The notes below the pieces were generated by a model that saw only the letters and a program-made list of their open reading frames with translations, had not been told where the DNA came from and did not search any database. A stretch of DNA of 64,000 bases from Balanoglossus misakiensis. Taxonomy: Eukaryota; Animalia; Hemichordata. Positions 1 to 12,800 of this stretch are shown here, in pieces. A program made the position numbers and the translations under genes. Location of the stretch: the NCBI GenBank assembly GCA_040954595.2, contig CM082579.2:16158550-16222549 (forward strand), read 5' to 3'. The stretch's first letter is position 1. Every line of letters begins with the position of its first letter.

Positions 1-153
1 ACGGAGATTTAGCCGAGCCAGGCCGTAGAAAAATCGACTTGTTCAACGTTACCAGTGTGCAACTGTTTCTGCTCTAGAGTGTCAGGGTTTTAGCCGACTT
101 ATGCTGTAAGAAATCTGAGTTGATGAACGGGAATTCAATGTTAGAAAACCCGT

Positions 154-1060
154 GTGGAAAGTATCTCTACCCGTTTGAAACTAAGAAAAGAATTTATTCT
201 TATTTATTTTGTAAAAAAGACAATTTTTCGAAAAAAAGTCGAAAATGGTAATTTTGTCTTGGGTGATTCAAATTATACCGCCTTTTCTGGAATTTGCAGC
301 ACTTTTTACAAGAGAACGACACTTCATGCTCCATAATTTTTCCGAAAATGAAGAAAAGAGTTTATTTTTTATGATTTTTTAAAAATTTACCATTTAGTCA
401 AAATATGGCCAAAATGGCTATTTTTTCTTGAATTCCGTCAATATCTCTGCATTTTTGGAGTGGTCGAAAGTTTTAACATACAATCAACATGTCATATATG
501 ATCAGGGCACCAAATTCGAAGAACAAAGGTTTTTTTATTTATTTTTCTAAAAATGACATTTTCAAGGAAACTTTGGTAAAACACAATTTTGTCTGCAGTG
601 AGCCAAATTAGACGGTCTTTTGTGGAATTTGTATCGATATATACATACGAAGAGCATTGTATACTCCATCAGATTTCCGAAAATGTAGAAAACAGGTATT
701 TTTTGTAATTTTCAAAAATTTACCATTTTGACCAAATTGTGGCTAAAATTGTTATTTTCGTGTTGAATGCCGCCAGTGTCCCTGCTTTTAAAAGTCATAA
801 AAACTTTTAACATACAAGCAATTGTTTATATATGATCAGGTCACCGAATTAAAGAAATAAAGAATGTTTTGCCTAAAAATGACCTTTTTGGTGCAAAAAC
901 GAATAAAACGCAATTTTGTATTAAATCAGCTCATTCAGAGTGTATTTTTTATAATCAGCACCATTTTTACATATAATGGAAATTTCATACATCATCAGAT
1001 ATCCAAATATGAAAAAATGATAGATGATTGTCCAAAATTAGCTGATATCTAATAAATGTA
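154..1060. repeat. AT-rich block of the macrosatellite unit, about 2.5 diverged ~330-bp subrepeats (representative copy)
   Basis: TTTCCGAAAATG...AAAATTTACCATTT...TTTTAACATACAA...ATATGATCAGG recurs near 338 and 673; a third end, ATATCCAAATATG, lies near 997. Confidence 0.85.
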
Positions 1061-1315
1061 GTATTGAGCCGTTCTGTTTCCCCCCCACCCCCCCCCCCCC
1101 CTACATTATATGCGGTCCGCCGATGTCAGCTTAACCGGCAGTACTGCAGGCCGTGCCCCCAACTAACGTCGGTGTTTGAAACGCCCGTGTTAAATTCGGG
1201 CTTTCTCAATAAATTGACAGGCAATAATGCAGTCCTACCCGAACAAATGTCGAGTGTTGACCCGCTGTGACTTTCACTCTTCGGTTTGCCCGACTTAGCC
1301 AACGTCTTTGTACTA

Positions 1316-2510
1316 GAGTGTCGGGTCTTTTGCCGAGCCAGGCCGAAGGAAATCCGACTTGATCACCGTTGCTAACGAACGCTAGTGTCTGTCATGGTGT
1401 GCCGGGGTTTTAGTCGAGCCAGGCCGTAGGAAATCTGACTTGATCAACGTGGTCAATGTACGCCTGTTTCTGCTCTAGAGTGCCGGGGCTTCAGCTGATC
1501 CAGGCCGTAGGAAACCCGACGTGATTACCGTTGTTAACTTACGCCAGTCTGTGTCCTATATATAGTGCCGGGGCATCAGCCGTGCCAGGCCTAAGGAAAT
1601 GTGAGTAGATCAATGTGGTCTCTGTACGCGTGTTTCTGCTCTAGAATGCCAGGGCTTTAGCCAAGCCATGCCGTAGGAAATCTGACTTGATCAACGTTGC
1701 TAACGAACGCTAGTGTCTGTCATATTGTGCCGGGGTTTTAGTCGAGCCAAGCCGTAGGAGATCTGACTTGATCATCGTGGTCAATGTACGCGTGTTTCCG
1801 CTCTAAAGTGCCAGGGTCTTCAGCTAAACCAGGCCGTAGGAAATACGACGTAATCACCGTTGATAACTTACGCCAGTCTGTGTCATATAGAGCCGGTGCA
1901 CCAGCCGAGTCATGCCGTAGGAAATCTGACTTGATCAACGTGGTCAATGTACGCCTGTTTCTGCTCTAGAGTGCCGGGGCTTCAGCTGAGCCAGGCCGTA
2001 GGAAACCCGACGTGATTACCGTTGTTAACTTACGCCAGTCTGTGTCCTATATATAGTGCCGGGGCATCAGCCGTGCCAGGCCGAAGGAAATGTGAGTAGA
2101 TCGACGTGGTCTCTGTACGCGTGTTTCTGCTCTAGAGTGCCAGGGCTTTAGCCAAGCCATGCCGTAGGAAATCTGACTTGATCAACGTTGCTAACGAACG
2201 CTAGTGTCTGTCATAGTGTGCCGGGGTTTTAGTCGAGCCAAGCCGTAGGAGATCAGACTTGATCAACGTGGTCTCTGTACGCGTGTTTCTGCTCTAGAGT
2301 GCCGGGGCTTTATCCAAGCCATGCCGTAGAAAATATGACTTGATCACCGTTGCTAACGTACGCTAGTGTCTGTCATATTGTGACGGAGATTTAGCCGAGC
2401 CAGGCCGTAGAAAATTCGACTTGTTCATCGTTACCAGTGTGCAACTGTTTCTCCTCTAGAGTGTCAGGGTTTTAGCCGACTTATGCTGTAAGAAATCTGA
2501 GTTGATGAAC
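1316..2510. repeat. GC/CpG-rich block of 15 x 81-bp monomers in alternating A/B types (representative copy)
   Basis: TGCC(G/A)GGG-like anchors at 1481, 1566, 1647, 1728, 1809, 1891 and 1972 (period 81; 85 where TCCTATATATA is expanded). Monomers alternate between GTGGTC..TGTACGC.TGTTTC and GTTG.TAAC..ACGC.AGT types. Confidence 0.93.
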
Positions 2511-5500
2511 GGGAATTCAATGTTAGAAAACCCGTGTGGAAAGTATCTCTACCCGTTTGAAACTAAGAAAAGAATTTATTCTTATTTATTTTGTAAAAAA
2601 GACAATTTTTCGAAAAAAAGTCGAAAATGGTAATTTTGTCTTGGATGATTCAAATTATACCGCCTTTTCTGGAATTTGCAGCACTTTTTACAAGAGAACG
2701 ACACTTTATGCTCCATAATATTTCCGAAAATGAAGAAAAGAGTTATTTTTTTATGATTTTTTAAAAAAATTACAATTTTTGACAAAATATGGCCAAAATG
2801 GCTATTTTTTCTTGAATTCTGTCAATATCTCTGCATTTTTGGAGTGGTCGAAAGTCTTAACTTACAATCAACATGTCATATATGATCAGGGCACCAAATT
2901 CGAAGAACAAAGGTTTTTTTTAGTTTTTTTCTAAAAATGACATTTTCAAGGAAAATTTGGTAAAAAGCAATTTTGTCTGCAGTGAGCCACATTAGACGGT
3001 CTTTTGTGGAATTTGTATCGATATATACATACGAAGAGCATTCTATACTCCATCAGATTTCCGAAAATGTAGAAAACAGGTATTTTTTGTAATTTTCAAA
3101 AATTTACCATTTTGACCAAATTGTGGCTAAAATTGTTATTTTCGTGTTGAATGCCGCCAGTGTCACTGCTTTTAAAAGTCATAAAAACTTTAAACATACA
3201 AGCAATTGTTTATATATGATCAGGTCACCGAATTAAAAAAAATAAAGACTGTTTTGCCTAAAAATGACCTTTTTGGTGCAAAAACGAATAAAACGCAATT
3301 TTGTATTAAATCAGCTCATTCAGAGTGCATTTTTTATAATCAGCACCATTTTTACATATAATGGAAATTTCATACATCATCAGATATCCAAATATGAAAA
3401 AATGATTTAGATTTTAGATGATTGTCCAAAATTAGCTGATATCTAATAAATGTAGTATTGAACCGTTCTGTTCCCGCCCCCCCCCCCCTACATTATATGC
3501 GGTACGCCGATGTCAGCTTACCCGGCAGTACTGCAGGCCGTGCCCCCAACTAACGTCGGTGTTTGAAACGCCCTGGTTAAATTCGAGCTTTCTCTATAAA
3601 TTGACAGGCAATAATGCAGTCCTACCCGAACAAATGTCGAGTGTTGACCCGCTGTGACTTTCCCTCTTCGGTTTGCCCGACTTAGCCAACGTCTTTGTAC
3701 TAGAGTGTCGGGTCTTTTGCAGAGCCAGGCCGAAGGAAATCCGACTTGACCACCGTTGCTAACGAACGCTAGTGTCTGTCATGGTGTGCCGGGGTTTTAG
3801 TCGAGCCAGGCCGTAGGAGATCTTACTTGATCATCGTGGTCAATGTACGCGTGTTTCCGATCTAAAGTGCCGGGGCTTCAGCTAAACCAGGCCGTAGGAA
3901 ATCCGACGTAATCACCGTTGATAACTTACGCCAGTCAATCAATCAATCAATCAATCAAATTTATTTCACTTCCAATTTTTTTACAGCGAATGGTGAAAAA
4001 GAAAATGTACTATTTAAGTGAAAAAGGAGGTAGGAAAAATAGTGCATTCGCACTAGTCAAGTCCATCCCCTCATGGTGAACAGTAGAACACCTGGTTAGT
4101 AATACATACAAAAGGAAGAAATAAAAGTCAAACTATACTTTTCCTAACAAGGATTTCATATGTTTCTTAAATGAAAATTTTGACCTTGTTGAGCGCATAT
4201 TTTCAGGAAGTTTATTCCAAACCTTTGCTGCAGTGTACTTTATGGAATGTTGGCCAGCATTACTGTTATATTTCGGAATAAAAAGATCACCTATATCTTT
4301 TGATCTGGTATGATAAGAGTGTTGAATAGGAACGAAATACTCTGAGAATCCTGGTGGAAGCTTGCCATTAAGAGCATCATGAACAAACAAGGACAGTTGA
4401 AGATCACGTTGCTTGTATACATTCAAAATATGTAACTCATTAAACAATGGTGAAGAGTGTGCAAGACGGTCTGATCCCGCCAATACACGTACAATTCTTT
4501 TCTGTGTAACAAGTATTGGCCTCAAAAAAGATAAATAAGTATTTCCCCAAGTTTCTATAGCATAGGAAATGTGTGGGAGGATAAAACAATTGTACAATAG
4601 TATAAGAATATGTCGTGGGACAACATCCCTTAACCTATAAAGAATACCAGTCTTCATACTAATCGTTCTGTTTACATTTCTAATGTGATGTTTCCATGTT
4701 AACTTATTGTCTATTTCTACACCGATATACTTAGTTGTTTGTACTTCGTCTATTGTTACCCCTTTAACATCAATTTCTCCTGTTGTCTCTACTGACACGT
4801 TCTTACCTCTAAAAATAACATATTCAGTTTTCTTTGAGTGTACAGTTAATTTGTTGGCATCACACCAGTTTATAACATTTTTCAATTGTGAATTAACTTC
4901 TGAGAGATCTATTATATTTCTTGGATTAAATGTATGAAATAGACTGGTATCGTCTGCAAATAGACGCGTGTCAAAATACCTTGCTGCCCCTGCTATATCA
5001 TTTACATAGATGAGAAAAAGTGTTGGACCCAGCACAGAACCTTGTGGAACTCCACAGGATATTTGTAATTCATCTGATCGTACCCCATTTACATTTACAT
5101 GTTGCCTTCTGTTGGTCAAATAGCTTCTAAAAAGATTTTTAGGGAGTCCCCTAACACCATAATTGTCCAGTTTGTCTATCAAAATGTCATGATTCGCGGT
5201 GTCAAATGCTTTCTTCAAGTCAAGAAATATCCCGATAACCTTATTTCCCATATCAATTTCGTCCAGAATTTTCTGTGCTAGTTCCACAATTGCCAATTTA
5301 GTACTATAATTCTCTCTGAAGCCATACTGGTAAGGGTACAGTAAATCAAATTTGTTAAAATAGGAAATAATTTGCTTATTAATAAGTTTTTCAAAAATTT
5401 TACTAATTTGTGGCAATACAGACACTGGTCTAAAATTACCTGGATCAGTCGTCTCTCCTTTTTTGAAGATAGGAGTCACTTTTGCTATTTTTAAGGAATC

Positions 5501-5791
5501 TGGGAAAATTCAAGTTGTGATCGTTAAATTGATAATATAACTAAGAGGCTTAGAAATATATAATGCTGCATTGATTAACAATTTTGGGCTAATGTAGTCA
5601 TAACCCACTGCCTTCCGCGTATCTAATGCTTGAAGTAATTTAAAAACTTCTTGTTCAGAGGTTCCTTGAAGAAAAAAAGAATGCAATGTACAATGTGATA
5701 AGTATGACAAGTAACTTTTGTTTGAATGAGTTATACTACTAGCAAGAGCCTCTCCAATTTGGACAAAAAACTCATTAAACCCATTGACAAT

Positions 5792-7025
5792 TCATGGTTC
5801 CACAGCTGTCAATCACACTGAACCCTCAGCCAATCAGAGCCGAGAAAAGTCATGCTGTTCACACAACCGCCATTTTGTCCCACATATAATCAACAACGTG
5901 GCCCAGCCTACAGTACACGCTCAGGTAGAGATAGACAGACTGGAAGAGTTTTTTCAGTTTTAGGAACTTAATGGTTTTAAAATATCGGCCAGAATAGTGA
6001 AGAGATGCGCCTGGGGGACGTGTAAATCAGATGAAAGGTACCTTGACCCAACATCGAGTATATTTTTTTGTTCCGTTTCCGAAGCCAAAAACGCAGAGAG
6101 AGAGGTGTCTCAGGTGGTGGATATTAACAGTTTGCGTTTAGATTTTAAACTGACACGTTTTCAATATAAATATTTAACCATGATTTTATTGCTAAAGTGT
6201 TTGAAAATTTTGAAATTCATATGCTGCTTGCAATTTCCATTCGAAAAGTCAATGTTGTTCGACCCGTTATAAAATGTCCGGCGTTGTAAACAATGGGGCC
6301 GCCCGCTGTCAATCCAAGTAACGTTCACGTAGTTTTCTGAATTCGCCGTGTTATCAGTGCTTTCACCCATATTTACCTACCAAAAATATCTTCAGGTGAA
6401 GTGATACCTCTTGTGTCTCTTATTTCGTCTGATTTCACTCAGAAATAGCACGATAAACTTAACCTTCGAGGTCCGTTATTACTAGTACTATAGCCACTGC
6501 TACAGCTGATCGCGGTTTAATGCCCGTTTGCGTGTGACCCGGGCCGACCGCATAACATGATCTTTCGATCGTTTTAAAATAGTGCTATTTTTTCGCTGAA
6601 ATGTTTTAAATTCACAAAGGAGCTCAATTTCATGGACACTTGGTCTATGTATGTGATAAACATATAATTCCCCCGTATTCCTCACTCGTGTGTCTGCGTC
6701 GCGAACTCGACATTCCCAGTATAGCCTGCGGCCCGGGGGATACGGCCGCTATCGTCCGCGATGCAGGCACTTTCGTTCGAAATACGGGGGAATTATACCT
6801 AATTAAACCCTTTTCCTGTGACTTCTTGGATAGGTTTTTTAACTCTGGTAGGTAGCATACAGAAATATCGCCAGGAACGTTGCGCAGACTATCGCTGAAT
6901 GAATCTAGTTTCCCCATCCACGTTGTGGAGCTATGGAGGTCAAAGTCCCACAAGCTCGAAGCTTGTGGGGCGTAGCAACAGTAACTAAGGGGGGCGTGGC
7001 TTATTACCGTAGGGTGGAACTATGA
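5792..7025 (+). mobile_element. Non-autonomous DNA transposon, ISL2EU-like (PIF/Harbinger relative), nested in the CR1
   Basis: 12-bp TIRs TCATGGTTCCAC / GTGGAACTATGA (1 mismatch); TSD AT at 5790-5791 and 7026-7027. Removing the element restores the CR1 frame LITQCDI-VNGFNEFF. It carries a THAP-domain remnant. Confidence 0.85.
5994..6117 (+). pseudogene. N-terminal THAP zinc-finger remnant of a transposase
   Basis: Correcting one extra T in the T-run near 6064-6069 gives VKRCAWGTCKSDERYLDPTSSIFFVPFPKPKTQRERCLRW, which has the CxxxxC...FP...W THAP signature. The likely start codon reads ATA. Confidence 0.75.
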
Positions 7026-8362
7026 ATGTCACACTGGGTGATCAGGGTAGTCTGCCGACCAGCTGAAGACATTTGTAAACTACTTGGTAGATTTACATGT
7101 TTACCACCACCCCTCAAAATATCATTAATAACTTTCCATGTCTTACTAGTATCTGCTTGATAGTATGTAAACTGGTCAGAATAATAATCTTGCTTAGCCT
7201 TTTTCAGAATATTTGTAAGCATGTTCCGGTAGCATTTGTATTTTGTAAAGACGTCTGGCCGATAATTAGTTTTTAAGACATTTGAGTAGAGCTTGTGTTT
7301 CTGGTCAATTGATTTTTTTATTCCAGCAGTTATCCATGGTTTCCGTATTTTTCTTTTTGAACTAAGCTTTTTAGAAAGCAGTGGAGCATGCTTATTACAA
7401 ATATTCGAGAAAATGGTTAAAAACGAGTCATATGCTGTATTAGCATCAGTACTCTCATACACAGCTGCCCAATTGACACTACTTAACTCATCTTGAAATA
7501 AACCTATATTAAAATTACGGTAGTCCCTGAAAGTCTCTTTGGTTTTTGGAAATAAATACGTAGATCCTCAAAGATGGCAAATATAGGCAAATGGTCAGCA
7601 AGATGAACATCAATAGTTCCACAATTAACAAAATGACTATGTATATTTGTATAAATATGATCAATAACCGTTCTTGAATGATCTGATATACGTGTTGGCA
7701 CAGTGATCATCTGAGTTAGGTTAAAAGAAGACATACTATTATTAAGATCAACCGTTTCATATGCATTTAAATCAGACGCATTTACATTAAAGTCACCCAC
7801 AAGTATGCACTGCATCTTCTTGCGGTCAATATCAGTCAATACAGATTCAAGACTTTCAAGGAATTCGCCTATATTAGTGTTTGGTTTCCTATACACTACT
7901 CCAAGAATGAGTGATTTTTTCTTTGGCAAGTCAAATTTGAGCCAGATAGATTCAGAATGATTTACAGTCGCTTCAATGGAGGTATAATTCAAAGATGAGT
8001 CTATATATGCCCCAACTCCCCCACCCAGCTGGTCATTTCGACATTTTGTTTCCAAATGATAGCCTTCTAAACAATAAAGCTCTTTATTTTGAACCTGCCA
8101 AATCTCTGATAATGCTATAACTTTGATTTTTGATTCATCAAGTGACTCATAAAACAATTTAAAGTCATGAAAGTTTCGACTGAGGGACCGAACATTACAA
8201 TGAGATATAGAGAATGTAGAAATAGGTGTATTACTAACCAAGTTGCAGAACTCAGAGTAAGAATATGAATTACATTTCCTATAACAATCAGAGTTTAACA
8301 ATTGTTCCGCTTCTACAGAAGTCATTGAAATACAATAAATCCACAGATTCAGAAAAATAAAA

Positions 8363-8571
8363 TTATTGAACGAATCTATCAACATCTGTGGAGTCGTTTT
8401 TTCTTTGTATACGGTTTAATTGACTCTCTGAAAATTTTTGTTCACCTAGCCACTGTCTACAAAATACATTTGGTGGCCAGAAACTAGACTCAAGCAAAAG
8501 CTTAGCCTGGTGAAAGGATACGTTGATTTTAGCAGCAACAGCGCCTTTGCGTTTACTGGAGATGATTCTCG
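8363..8571 (-). pseudogene. C-terminal remnant of CR1 ORF1
   Basis: KINVSFHQAKLLLESSFWPPNVFCRQW resembles the FWPxxVxxRxW C-terminal motif of invertebrate CR1 ORF1. The first ~24 aa of the track ORF 8363..8644 come from flanking satellite. Confidence 0.65.
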
Positions 8572-9857
8572 AGTCTGTGTCATATAGAGCCGGTGCACCA
8601 GCCGAGTCACGCCGTACGAAATCTGACTTGATCAACGTGGTCAATGTACGCCTGTTTCTGCTCTAGAGTGCCGGGGCTTCAGCTGAGCCAGGCCGTAGGA
8701 AACCCGACGTGATTACCGTTGTTAACTTACGCCAGTCTGTGTCCTATATATAGTGCCGGGGCATCAGCCGTGCCAGGCCGAAGGAAATGTGAGTAGATTA
8801 ACGTGGTCTCTGTACGCGTGTTTCTGCTCTAGAGTGCCAGGGTTTTAGCCAAGCCAAGCCGTAGGAAATCTGACTTGATCAACGTTGCTAACGAACGCTA
8901 GTGTCTGTCATAGTGTGCCGGGGTTTTAGTCGAGCCAAGCCGTAGGAGATCAGACTTGATCAACGTGGTCTCTGTACGCGTGTTTCTGCTCTAGAGTGCC
9001 GGGGCTTCAGCTGAGCCAGGCCGTAGGAAACCCGACGTGATTACCGTTGTTAACATACGCCAGTCTCTGTCCTATATATAGTGCCGGGGCATCAGCCGTG
9101 CCAGGCCGAAGGAAATGTGAGTAGATCAACGTGGTCTCTGTAGGCGTGTTTCTGCTCTAGAGTGCCAGGGCTTTAGCCAAGCCATGCCGTAGGAAATCTG
9201 ACTTGATCAACGTTGCTAACGAACGCTAGTGTCTGTCATAGTGTGCCGGGGTTTTAGTCGAGCCAGGCCGTAGGAGATCAGACTTGATCAACGTGGTCTC
9301 TGTACGCGTGTTTCTGCTCTAGAGTGCCGGTGCTTTATCCAAGCCATGCCGTAGAAAATCTGACTTGATCACCGTTGCTAACGTACGCTAGTGTCTGTCA
9401 TATTGTGACGGAGATTTAGCCGAGCCAGGCCGTAAAAAAATCGACTTGTTCAACGTTACCAGTGTGCAACTGTTTCTGCTCTAGAGTGTCAGGGTTTAAG
9501 CCGACTTATGCTGTAGGAAATCTGAGTTGATGAACGGGAATTCAATGTTAGAAAACCCGTGTGAAAAGTATCTCCACCCGTTTGAAACTAAGAAAAGAAT
9601 TTATTCTTATTTATTTTGTAAAAAAGACAATTTTTCGAAAAAAAGTCGAAAATGGTAATTTTGTCTTGGGTGATTCAAATTATACCGCCTTTTCTGGAAT
9701 TTGCAGCACTTTTTTCAAGAGAACGACACTTCATGCTCCATAATATTTCCGAAAATGAAGAAAAGAGTTAATTTTTTATGATTTTTTTAAAAATTTACCA
9801 TTTTTGTCAAAATATGGCCAAAATGGTTATTTTTTCTTGAATTCCGTCAATATCTCT

Positions 9858-12800
9858 TAGTCCGTGGGCTCGACGGGTCCACCGTGCACCCCCCCCCCAT
9901 AAACCTACCACTTGGGTATTTTTTTGTTCTTTAGAACGTGCTGAACAAGAAAAAAGATGTTAACATTGAATATTTGGGTTGCACTACCCCTCCGGGGTGG
10001 TTTTTGAATGGTATGTGCCGCTCAAAATGGCGAAAAATGGGTTGGGGTAGGGGGTACTATATTCTCTCCTAAAAAAATAAAACTACCATGAAATTACATA
10101 AACCTCATATTTTTAGAAAGCTTAGATACTGCTCTTTACGGGAAGCACAAACTTTATTAAACAATATTTATGAATATTTAATTAGATTATTTTTAAATTA
10201 ATTTTTTCGGCAATTTTGAAAGTTTTCACTCAAAAGACAATGTTACAATTGTGATTTTCTTTTTGTGAAGCAAATTTTTGACAGCTTTTTGGGGTTTGGA
10301 TTATTGACTTCTATATATACTAAACAAGAAAGGAAATGTTAACATTAGTTATTTAACAATAAAACACTTCTTTAGAGACAACTTTGAAATGTGTGTATCC
10401 TATGGGATTACGCATGGTCTTGGGGTAGGTGGTACTAGATTCTATATTGATTTGAAATGGCAGATCAATATGTTTGGTAATAATTCAGTTATTGCAGTTG
10501 GGGACTGGAATGTAGTGAGGGTTTTGATGCTGACACAGCTGGCCGCACTACAGACTCTCACTCGGATGCAAGGCAACAAATTGATCTTCTCTGTGATGAG
10601 TATAATTTGATAGATATTTGGCGGATGATAAACGAGTCCTCGCGTACATTTACGTAGTTTAGGCGCAAAAGACTGGATTATTTTCTTATTACGCCTGAAT
10701 TCGCTAATATGACCGCAACTGCAAATATTTGTGTCGGTTACCGGAGTGACCACTCTGCAATACGTCTCTCTCGGATGACAACTATTATGTGGACATTGTT
10801 AAAAACACAATTCGGGATACTAAGGATGAGTACAGACAGGAGGGAAGCTCTCAAGCTGGTCCCACTTTTACCATTTCGGATCAACTTTTCTTGGATACGT
10901 TGAAAATAAAAATTCGTGGAGTTACGATTTCGTATGCAACTAGGAATTTATTAGGGCCGAGAAACAGCTTGAAACGGAGAATATTTTACTAGAAACTCGT
11001 GTGAATGATCTATAAACGCCTGACATGTTAGATGAACTGCATGAAAAAAGAACAGTTGATAGCATACTGTCAAAAAAGTAGAAGGAAGTCGCGTACGTGC
11101 TCGGGCCAGGTGGTCTACAGAAGGGGAAAAACCTACTAAGTATTTTTGCTCTATGGAAAAGAGACATTTCACCAATAAAGCCATCGGTCAGCTGTGCCTG
11201 AGTGTTGGCTCCACAATAACTGAGGACGAAGACATCCTTCGTGAACAATCTAAGTTTTACCGGAATCTATATGCGGCTACCAAAAACGTTGCTTGCAATA
11301 TTGATCAGTTAGATAATTTTATGCAGCATGGAAATACTTTGCCTACTTTGAGTACTGAGGAACGGGATTCTTTGGAAGGGGCCCTGTCTAAGCATGAATG
11401 TGGAGTAGTGTTGAAGTCAATAGCAAATAATAAGTCACCAGGAACAGACGGTTTTTCTGCCGAAATTTTTTTGGCCCGACATTGGTGTTTATATAGCCCG
11501 TGCAATTAATTCCGCCTACTCCTCAGGCGAAATGTCTATTTCTCAAAAGCGGGGAATTGTTACTTGTATCCCGAAACCCAACAAGAATAGATTTCACATG
11601 AAAAATTGGCGCCGTATTACATTGCTAAACACGGATGATAAGATTGCATCTGGTGTTATAGCAAACCGTATGAAACGGTTCTTGCCAAAAATTATTCACC
11701 CTGACTAGAAAGGTTTTTTGAGGAAAGGAAGGTATATTGGTGAAAATACACGTTTGATTGATGATGTATCGTTAACTTCAAAGATAGACAAGGTTTTCTT
11801 GTACTTCTAGACTTTGAAATGGCGTTTGACACGCTTTCTTGGGAATTTATCGATAAAGCATTGAGAAAGTTTAATTTTTATCCCTCTTTCAGAAAATGGG
11901 TCAAAGTGTTTTATAAAAACACCACTAGTTGTGTTATAAATAACGGAAACTTTCCTGATTTTTTCCCCTCGAGAGAGGTGTTAGACAAGGTGATCCTCTA
12001 TCACCGTACCTGTTTATCACCTGTGTTGAAAAACTTGCGCATGAAATCAGAGCCCATAGTAATATAGAAGGAATTACACTTAGAGATAAAAAAAATTTAC
12101 TGGGGCAATACGCAGATGATATTTTTGTATATTTAGATGGTTCTGAAAGTTCTCTGAAAAATCTGTTTGCTACCTTGGGTTTCTTTACTTTTCTGTCGGG
12201 TTTGCGAATTAACTACCAAAAAACTAAATTGGTTTGGTTTGGCGCTAAATGCCATTCACATGATATTTTGTTGCCAAACAAGAACTTATTATGGGTTGAT
12301 GAACCGTTAACAGTTCTTGGTATTAACCTGAACGTTGATCTTGTTGGGCTCGATATGTTAAATTTTACACCAAAAGTAAGGGAAGTGTCCACACTGCTTA
12401 CTAAGTGGTCATGGCGACCTGTGACCTTGTTTGGCAAGATTACAATAGCTAAAACACTTGCTTTGTCAAAGTTTATTCATATTTTCTCATCCTTACCTCC
12501 CATGTCAGATAATCAAATATGTACACTTATTAGAGTTTTATCGGAATTCAAAACCTGATAAAGTCAATAGATTAAGATTATGTTGTAATTGTGATGAGTG
12601 GGGTTTGCGAATGACCCATCTTCCCTCATTCGTTCAAGCAGTGCATGCTTCGTGGATTAACAGATTAATGTCCAATCAATATTCTCAGTGGATAGAAATG
12701 TTTAAACTGTGGGTATATCCCCTGCTATCTTACCCACTTCACCCCCGCTCAGGTCGTGGAGTTTGCCAGAAACAGATTTTCACGTCATAGCTTCTGGTAC

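Larger units (their letters stand above)
4133..8325 (-). pseudogene. CR1 ORF2 (APE endonuclease plus reverse transcriptase), disrupted
   Basis: EN motifs HCNVRSL, LSEIW, VYRKP, VGDFN, TVIDHI, ADHLP; RT motifs FRPVS, FLDLKKAFD, GVPQGSVLGP, LFADD, YIGV. Lesions: frameshift near 7500, nested transposon at 5792-7025, in-frame TGA at 5510-5512. Confidence 0.92.
3937..8571 (-). mobile_element. CR1-clade LINE, 5'-truncated within ORF1, inserted into an 81-bp monomer
   Basis: The minus-strand 3' end is AATAAA followed by (TTGA)n at 3937-3965. The 4-bp target duplication AGTC lies at 3933-3936 and 8572-8575, and the satellite resumes in register. Contains an ORF1 C-terminus and an APE+RT ORF2. Confidence 0.93.

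Noticed and set aside
1270-1320. Helitron-like 3' end (small hairpin, then GTACTAG) suggesting rolling-circle concatemers
   Set aside because: The hairpin is weak, CTAG is part of the ordinary 81-mer, and there is no CTAG|TC head-to-tail junction.
1440-1660. Hammerhead-like words on the minus strand of the 81-mer (CTGAAGC...GAAACACGCGTA, recalling Schistosoma Sm-alpha), plus TTGATGA-ACGGG...CCCGT-TT-GAAAC at the unit junction
   Set aside because: The core is CUGAAGC rather than CUGANGA, stem II does not close and stem I is poor. The junction motif lacks C3 and has two extra bases before GAAA. An Infernal/Rfam hammerhead scan would settle it.
1316-2510. 81 bp equals 27 codons, so possibly a repeat-protein gene
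   Set aside because: The frames I translated have frequent stops (TGA, CTAG), and the 85-bp and 82-bp monomers break the frame.
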